From an uncultured Chloroflexia bacterium (GTDB lineage: Bacteria > Chloroflexota > Dehalococcoidia > UBA2979), in assembly GCA_963728205.1 (NCBI GenBank), contig CAVSIV010000001.1:736001-800000 (forward strand): a stretch of DNA of 64,000 bases, written 5' to 3'. Positions within the stretch are counted from its first letter, which is position 1. Each line of letters starts with the position of its first letter. Made by a program: the position numbers and the translations under genes. Under the pieces are notes generated by a model, which saw only the letters and a list, made by a program, of their open reading frames with translations, did no database searches and was not told the DNA's origin. This document shows, piece by piece, positions 57,897 to 64,000 of the stretch.

Positions 57897-59720
57897 TCAG
57901 GCGGGCACCGAGCGCATGCCGGCCGCCTGGGTCTGCTCCGCCGCGCCGACGGGGAGCGGGTCGCCGGAGTCGTCGACCGGCCAGAGCGGCAGCGTGAAGC
58001 GAACCTCGAGGCCGCCGCCGTCGCGCGGCATGGCCCAGATGGCACCGGAGAGCGCCTCGACGAGCCGTCGGCAGACGGTGAGGCCCATCCCGACGCCCGG
58101 GGCGTCGACGCGCTCGGAGCGATAGAACCGCTCGAAGATCAGGTCCAGTTCGTGCGGCGCCACGCCGATCCCGCGGTCGAGCACGGCCACCCACGCGTGA
58201 TCGGCGTCCACGCCGGCCGTCACGTCGATGGGCTCGCCGGCACCGCTGTACTTGTCGGCGTTCGTGAGCAGGTTGTGCAGCACCTGCTCGACGTAGGTCT
58301 GCTCCGCCGCCACCAGCAGCATGTCCTGTGTGGGCGTGAACCGCACCGCGCGGTCCCCGCGGAAGTGCATGAAGCGGTCGGCGCTCGCCTGCACCACGGT
58401 ATTGAGCGACACGGGCTCGGTGCCCAGGTTCGCGCCGACCTCGACGCGGGCGAGCACCAGGAGGTCCTCCACGATGCGGCGCAGGCGCTCGGACTCGCGC
58501 GCGAGGGTCTGGACCAGCTCGGAGCGGCGCTCCGCGGAGAGGGATCGGTCGCGGGACCACAGCATCTGCGCGCTGCCGTAGACGGTCGTGAGCGGCGTGC
58601 GCATCTCGTGCGAGATCAGCGCAAGGAACTCGTCCTTCGCCTCGCTCGTGCGGCGCAGCTCCTCGCGGACCTGCTCGGATTCCGTGAACAGGCGCGCGTT
58701 CTCCACGGCGAGCGCGCAGCGGTGCGCGAGGTCCTGGCCGAGCCGGAAGTCGTCGGCGTCGTAGACGCGCTCGCTATCGCCGAGGCCGAGCGCCATCGTC
58801 CCCACCGTGCGCAGGTGCGCGACGAGCGGGAACACCATGACCGAGCGGCGCCCGAGCAGGCGCAGGTGCGCGATCTGGTCGGCGTCGAGGTGCTCGTCCG
58901 GCTCGAGGGTCGACGGGTCGAGCACGATGCCGGGCCGTTCGCCGGCGAACGCGGCGAAGGCCTCGGCGCTGTTCGGCTCGGCATGCCGCGCGGAGAGCGC
59001 CGCCTCGAGCTCGGGGTCCGCGGCGGCAATCACGCGCCGACTCTGCCAGCCGTCGGCCTCGTCGATGTCGACGATGCACGCCGTGGCGACGGTCGGCACC
59101 GCCAGCCGCGCGATGCTGCGCAGCGTCGCGTCGTAATCGAGCGAGGTAAGGATCGTGCTCGCCTCGGCGAGGAAGGCGAGCCGCCGCTGCGCCGCGCGCG
59201 CCTCCGCGAGGGCGCTCTCGCGCTGCTCGAGCAGCTCGTCCTTGGCGCCGTTTGCCGCGAGCAGCTCGCGCGTGCGCTCGTGGACCGCCTCCTCGAGCTC
59301 GATGGCGCGGCGCTCGAGCGCCGACTGCTGCGCGTCCACCTGTCGCTGCAGCGCGCTCACCTGCAGCGCGCGCGCGAGCGACGCCACGAAGTAGTCACGG
59401 TCGATCGGCTTCTGGATGAAGTCGAACGCGCCGCCGCGCAGCGCCTGCACGGCGAGGTCGCGCTCGCCGTGCCCGGTGATCAGCACGGTCGGGGTGTGCG
59501 GCCGGAAGCGCCGGATCATCGCCAGCAGGCCCAGGCCGTCGATGCCCGGCATCTTGATGTCGGTGACGATCACGTCGTAGTCGACGGCCTGGATCTGGTG
59601 AATGGCGCGCGCGGCGGACTCGCAGACGTCGACCGCGACGCCGGGCATGCGCAGCCGCAGCGCGGCCGGCAGGGCGTCGAGGAGGGCCGCGTCGTCGTCG
59701 ACGATCAGGATGCTGCTCAT
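57897..59720 (-). CDS. Hybrid receiver-GAF-histidine kinase
   Basis: ILIVDDD/TDIKMP/FIQKP receiver; GAF (LAVENARL); SHEMRTPL H-box; NLLTNA, DRGIG and GMGL motifs. Confidence 0.92.
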   Translation of the reverse strand: MSSILIVDDDAALLDALPAALRLRMPGVAVDVCESAARAIHQIQAVDYDVIVTDIKMPGIDGLGLLAMIRRFRPHTPTVLITGHGERDLAVQALRGGAFDFIQKPIDRDYFVASLARALQVSALQRQVDAQQSALERRAIELEEAVHERTRELLAANGAKDELLEQRESALAEARAAQRRLAFLAEASTILTSLDYDATLRSIARLAVPTVATACIVDIDEADGWQSRRVIAAADPELEAALSARHAEPNSAEAFAAFAGERPGIVLDPSTLEPDEHLDADQIAHLRLLGRRSVMVFPLVAHLRTVGTMALGLGDSERVYDADDFRLGQDLAHRCALAVENARLFTESEQVREELRRTSEAKDEFLALISHEMRTPLTTVYGSAQMLWSRDRSLSAERRSELVQTLARESERLRRIVEDLLVLARVEVGANLGTEPVSLNTVVQASADRFMHFRGDRAVRFTPTQDMLLVAAEQTYVEQVLHNLLTNADKYSGAGEPIDVTAGVDADHAWVAVLDRGIGVAPHELDLIFERFYRSERVDAPGVGMGLTVCRRLVEALSGAIWAMPRDGGGLEVRFTLPLWPVDDSGDPLPVGAAEQTQAAGMRSVPA

Positions 59721-60895
59721 CGCGCACCTCCCGCACCGGGCACCGGCTCGGCGCGTGCGTGGACCGGATCCACGTACCGCGGCAGGCGGACGGTGAAGAT
59801 CGCGCCGCCGTTCGGCGCGTTCTCGACGTCCACGCTGCCCTCGTGCTCCTTCACGATGCCGTAGAGGATCGACAGCCCGAGTCCGGTGCCCTGGCCCACG
59901 TCCTTGGTCGTGAAGAACGGGTCGAAGATGCGCTGGTGGAGGTCGGCCGGGATGCCCGGACCGGTGTCGCGGACCTCCACTTCGACCACGTCGCGCTGGC
60001 GCTTGCTGGAGATCGCGACACGCCGGATCGGCGCGCCGGCGAGAGCATCGCGCGCGTTGGTGAGCAGGTTAATGAAGACCTGCTCCATCTGGATGCCGTG
60101 TCCGAGCACGATCGGATCCTCGGGCGTGAGGTCGAGGCTGACCTCGATCTGGCGCAGGCGCAGCTGCTCCTGCATCAGCGAGACGGAGCGCTCGATGGCT
60201 TCGTTGAGCGAGATCGGCTCCTTGGTCAGCGGCGCCGCACGCCCGAAGGTTCGCAGGTGCGAGATGATCTCGGTCGCCTTGCGCACCTGCTGCATCGCCT
60301 TCGTGAGCTCTTCGGTCATGCGCTCCCGGTGCGTGTGTCCGAGCGCGAGCTGGTCGATCACGTTGCCGATGTAGAGCCCGATGTTGTTGAGCGGGTTGTT
60401 CAGCTCGTGCGCGACGCCGGTCGTGAGCTCGCCGAGTGTCGCCAGCTTCGCGGTCTGGACGAGCTGCTCCTGCTTCTCGCGCAGCTCCTGCTCGCGCTGC
60501 TGGATCGCCTCCGTCGTGTCGCGGAGGTCGCTCATGATGTGGATCATCGCCTTGCGGCTGTCTTCCAGCCTCAGCTTCGACCCGTGCAGGTCCTGGAGGA
60601 TGTGCATCACGGCGCGGCGCGAGCGGTCGAGACGGGCGGCCTGCTCGGCGAGCTGGCGGCGGTCGCGCTCGTAGTCGATCAGGATGTGCAGCATCGCCTT
60701 GCGCTGGTCGGAGAGGCGCCGGTTCCGCTCCGCCAGGTCGAGCATGATGTGGAGCATCGCGCGGCGGCGGTCCTCGCCTTCGCGCAGCCGCTTCTCGAGG
60801 GTCTCGATGCGCGCGCGCAGACGCTCGTCCGCTTCGACGAGTGTCTCCTGCGTGAGCGGGTCCGCTCCGACCAACGGGACGAGCTCAGTCACCAT
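59717..60895 (-). CDS. Sensor-less histidine kinase with N-terminal repeated coiled coil
   Basis: AHELNNPL H-box; NLLTNARDA, DTGPG, FFTTK, GTGLGL; no TM or PAS domain. Confidence 0.92.
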   Translation of the reverse strand: MVTELVPLVGADPLTQETLVEADERLRARIETLEKRLREGEDRRRAMLHIMLDLAERNRRLSDQRKAMLHILIDYERDRRQLAEQAARLDRSRRAVMHILQDLHGSKLRLEDSRKAMIHIMSDLRDTTEAIQQREQELREKQEQLVQTAKLATLGELTTGVAHELNNPLNNIGLYIGNVIDQLALGHTHRERMTEELTKAMQQVRKATEIISHLRTFGRAAPLTKEPISLNEAIERSVSLMQEQLRLRQIEVSLDLTPEDPIVLGHGIQMEQVFINLLTNARDALAGAPIRRVAISSKRQRDVVEVEVRDTGPGIPADLHQRIFDPFFTTKDVGQGTGLGLSILYGIVKEHEGSVDVENAPNGGAIFTVRLPRYVDPVHARAEPVPGAGGAR

Positions 60896-62571
60896 CAGGA
60901 CGTGGCCACGCGGCCTCCGCGAAGTTGCTCCATGTCGCTCCGCTGCTTCTCGAGCTCCTTCTCGAGGGCGATCATCTTGAGCTCGCGCCCGACGACCACT
61001 TCCTCGAACTTCTCGAGGTCAAGGATCTTCTCCTGGAGCTCGGACTTGGACTCCTCGAGGTCGCGCACCACGCGCTCGTACGCGCGCATGTCGCGGAGGA
61101 TGCCGATGGCGCCGATCACCTTCCCGTCGACGTCGCGGAGCGCCGAGGCGTTGAGCGTCGTGGGGATCACCTCGCCCGACGCGCTCGTCGGGTTGAGGCT
61201 GGCGTTGCGCGTCACGCCCTTCTCGACCACCTCGCGCAGCGCCTCGGTGAACTGGCGCGTCTCTTCCTGCGAGATGAAGCGCGAGAGGGACTGCTCGACC
61301 ACTTCGTCGGTGCGGAAGCCGAGGAGCCCGGAGACGGCGTCGTTGGCCAGTGTGATCTTGCCTTCGAGGTCCGAGACGAACACGGGGTCGGGGGCGTTCT
61401 CGATCAGGCTCATCGCGAACGCGCGCGCCTTGTCGAGCTCGCGCATGTCGCGAAGGATGCCGATGACGCCGATCACGACGCCGTCGGGGTCGCGCAGGGC
61501 GGACGCGTTGAGGCTCGTGGAGATGACCTCGCCCGAGACGCTTCTCGGGTTGAGGAGCACGTTGCGCGTGACGCCCTTCTCCACCACCTCGCGAAGGGCC
61601 GCAGTGAACTCCCTGGCCTCCTCGGCGGAGATGAACTGGGAGAGCGACTGCTCGACCACCTCGTCGGTGCGGAACCCGAGGAGCTGGAACACCGCGTCGT
61701 TGGCCTGGAGGATCTTCCCTTCGAGGTCCGAGACGAAGACGGGGTCGGGGGCGTTCTTGATCAGGCTCTCGGCGTAGGCGCGGGCTTTGTCGAGCTCGCG
61801 CATGTCGCGGAGGATGCCGATGGCGCCGATCACCTCGCCGTCGGGGTCGCGGAGGGCCGACGCGTTGAGCGTGGTGGAGATGACCTCGCCCGAGGCGCTG
61901 CGCGGGTTGAGGAGGACGTTGCGCGTGACGCCCTTCTCGACGACCTCGCGCAGGGCGGCGGTGAACTCGCGCGTCTCCTCGGGGGAGATGAAGCGGGAGA
62001 GCGACTGCTCGACGACTTCGTCGGGGCGGAAGCCGAGCAGCTGGGAGACCGCGTCGTTGGCGAGGGTGATCTTGCCCTCGAGGTCCGAGACGAACACGGG
62101 GTCGGGGGCGTTCTTGATCAGGCTCTCGGCGTAGGCGCGGGCTTTGTCGAGCTCGCGCATGTCGCGGAGGATGCCGATGGCGCCGATCACGACCCCGTCG
62201 GGGTCGCGCAGCGCGGCCGCGTTCAGCGTGGTGGCGATGATCTCGCCGGAGGCGCTGCGCGGGTTGAGGACCGCGTTGCGCGTGACACCGTGCTCCACGA
62301 CCTCGTCGAGGGCGGCGAGGAACTCGCGCGTCTCCTCGGGCGAGATGATGCGGGAGAGCGACTGCTCGACGAGCTCGTCGGGGCGGAAGCCGAGGAGCTC
62401 GAAGACCGCGGCGTTCGCCTGCAGGATCTTGCCTTCGAGATCGGAGACGAACACCGGGTCGGGGGCGTTCGCGATGATGATGTCGGCAGCGAGGGCGCTG
62501 CCGGCGCGTAGCTGATCGCGCTCACGTTCTGCCGTCGCGGTCCGTGCGCGCGCGCCCGAATCAGCCTTCAC
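60895..62571 (-). CDS. Tandem 4xPAS protein with C-terminal coiled-coil tail, no catalytic domain
   Basis: Four 119-aa PAS/PAC repeats (APDPVFVSDLEGKI...GILRD); GGAGG before the GTG start. Confidence 0.9.
   Translation of the reverse strand: MKADSGARARTATAERERDQLRAGSALAADIIIANAPDPVFVSDLEGKILQANAAVFELLGFRPDELVEQSLSRIISPEETREFLAALDEVVEHGVTRNAVLNPRSASGEIIATTLNAAALRDPDGVVIGAIGILRDMRELDKARAYAESLIKNAPDPVFVSDLEGKITLANDAVSQLLGFRPDEVVEQSLSRFISPEETREFTAALREVVEKGVTRNVLLNPRSASGEVISTTLNASALRDPDGEVIGAIGILRDMRELDKARAYAESLIKNAPDPVFVSDLEGKILQANDAVFQLLGFRTDEVVEQSLSQFISAEEAREFTAALREVVEKGVTRNVLLNPRSVSGEVISTSLNASALRDPDGVVIGVIGILRDMRELDKARAFAMSLIENAPDPVFVSDLEGKITLANDAVSGLLGFRTDEVVEQSLSRFISQEETRQFTEALREVVEKGVTRNASLNPTSASGEVIPTTLNASALRDVDGKVIGAIGILRDMRAYERVVRDLEESKSELQEKILDLEKFEEVVVGRELKMIALEKELEKQRSDMEQLRGGRVATS
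61087..62480. repeat. 357-bp intragenic tandem repeat x4
   Basis: GTCGGGGGCGTTC anchor at 61387, 61744, 62101 and 62458. Confidence 0.9.
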
Positions 62572-63032
62572 GATCCTCGCCTCCAGCCCGGGTGAGCCCG
62601 ATCCACGCAAGAAAACCCGCGCCACCATACGCAGGCACTCGGAGGCGGCGTATTGCGGAATCGCGACACGCTGGGACTGGCGATGTTGAGGATTCGTAAC
62701 ACTCGATACAGAGCGGACGCTCGGCGGTCCGCGCAGATGCGCCGGGCGGTCCGGGACGCCGCTGGACGCCCGAGGCCGGGCAAGAGGGCGTCCAGCGGCG
62801 CGACTAGCGGTGGCGACGCCGCGGCGGGTCGATCACGAACAGGCCGACGGCGAGGGGCCGCCGATCGCAATCTGCGCTGCGCGTGGAGCATGACGAGGGA
62901 CCAATGGCCGGTCTTCCGGGTGACCTTCGCCCCGGGGACGAGGCCCGCCTCGGCTCATCCTCGACCCGGGCGCGGCCTATGATGGCGCCGCTGCGCTCGT
63001 CCGGTCGGACGCGGCCGCTTTCGAGGGAGGGC

Positions 63033-64000
63033 ATGACGATGGCGGACCAGTACAAGTACCTGCTCGAAGAATCCGAGATCCCCACGCACTGGTACAACAT
63101 CGCCGCCGACCTGCCGAACCCGCCATCGCCGCCGCTGCACCCGGGCACCGGGCAGCCGATCGGCCCGGACGACCTCGCGCCGCTGTTCCCGATGGGCGTG
63201 ATCATGCAGGAGGTCGCGACCGACCGCTGGATCGAGATCCCGGAGCCGGTGCGCGAGGCCTACAAGAACTACCGACCGTCCCCGCTCTACCGCGCACACC
63301 GGCTGGAGCGCGCGCTGCAGACGCCGGCGCACATCTACTACAAGTACGAGGGTGCGAGCCCGGTGGGCTCGCACAAGGTGAACTCGGCGCTCGCGCAGGT
63401 CTACCTGAACAAGCAGGAGGGCGTGAAGCGCATCACCACCGAGACGGGCGCCGGCCAGTGGGGCTCCGCGCTCGCCTACGCGTGCCAGATGTTCGGCATC
63501 GAGCTGAAGGTCTACATGGTGCGCGTGTCCTACGAGCAGAAGCCGTACCGCAAGGCGATGATGAAGGTCTACGGGGCCGACGTCGTCCCGAGCCCGAGCC
63601 CCGACACCGAGGCCGGCCGCCAGGTGCTCGCCGCCGACCCCGACTCGCGCGGGTCGCTGGGCATCGCCATCAGCGAGGCCGTCCAGGATGCGGCGAGCCG
63701 CGAGGACACGAAGTACTCGCTGGGCTCGGTGCTGAACCACGTCCTCATGCACCAGACGGTGATCGGCCAGGAGGCCATCAAGCAGATGGAGAAGGCCGGC
63801 GAGATGCCGGACGTCGTCATCGGCTGCGTCGGCGGCGGGTCCAACTACGCGGGGCTCGCGTTCCCGTTCATGCAGGGCGTGCTCAAGGGCGAGCAGGGTC
63901 CGCGCTTCCTGGCCGCCGAGCCGGCGTCGTGCCCGTCGCTGACCAAGGGCCTCTACACGTACGACTTCGGCGACACGGTGGGACTGACGCCGCTGGTGCG
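63033..64000 (+). CDS. trpB2: TrpB-like PLP enzyme (TrpB2), truncated by the window end
   Basis: Read directly: [57 protein letters not shown]; GGAGG RBS. Confidence 0.93.
   Translation, partial: MTMADQYKYLLEESEIPTHWYNIAADLPNPPSPPLHPGTGQPIGPDDLAPLFPMGVIMQEVATDRWIEIPEPVREAYKNYRPSPLYRAHRLERALQTPAHIYYKYEGASPVGSHKVNSALAQVYLNKQEGVKRITTETGAGQWGSALAYACQMFGIELKVYMVRVSYEQKPYRKAMMKVYGADVVPSPSPDTEAGRQVLAADPDSRGSLGIAISEAVQDAASREDTKYSLGSVLNHVLMHQTVIGQEAIKQMEKAGEMPDVVIGCVGGGSNYAGLAFPFMQGVLKGEQGPRFLAAEPASCPSLTKGLYTYDFGDTVGLTPLV

Noticed and set aside
62630-63030. ncRNA or attenuator between the PAS operon and trpB2
   Set aside because: Only a short AT-richer promoter-like patch; no Trp-codon leader peptide, T-box or stable conserved fold was seen

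Overview
Very GC-rich (visually >70%) bacterial chromosomal segment with about 60 mostly housekeeping, catabolic and signalling genes. No rRNA, tRNA, CRISPR array, integrase or transposase was seen. A secretin-less Tad pilus, an F420-type reductase, many class III CoA-transferases and leaderless-type promoters point to a monoderm; Chloroflexota/Dehalococcoidia-like is my inference, and Actinomycetota is not excluded. Main modules: (1) a PHP + LigC + Prim-Pol DNA repair cluster; (2) CoA-transferase/SDR catabolic genes; (3) msrA, a HAD hydrolase and a heterodimeric ABC exporter; (4) amt, with a GlnR-box-like array upstream and an unannotated 36-aa membrane ORF downstream; (5) two ECF sigma/anti-sigma pairs; (6) amidase, formyl-CoA-transferase-like and HACL-like genes, the last heavily frameshifted, probably by assembly error; (7) a complete Flp/Tad pilus operon carrying two c-di-GMP-I riboswitches and extra 5'-UTR structure; (8) a three-gene signalling operon; (9) a partial trpB2. 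The best candidate for an undescribed system is module 8. A kinase-less 4xPAS protein ends in a 'VGRELKMIAL' coiled-coil tail and is translationally coupled to a sensor-less histidine kinase that carries four heptad-phased 'R(R/K)AMxHIxxD' repeats, which suggests a split sensor/kinase joined by docking coiled coils. Several REP-like palindromes and two tandem repeats are also present. All product calls come from motif recognition by eye; no database search was run.
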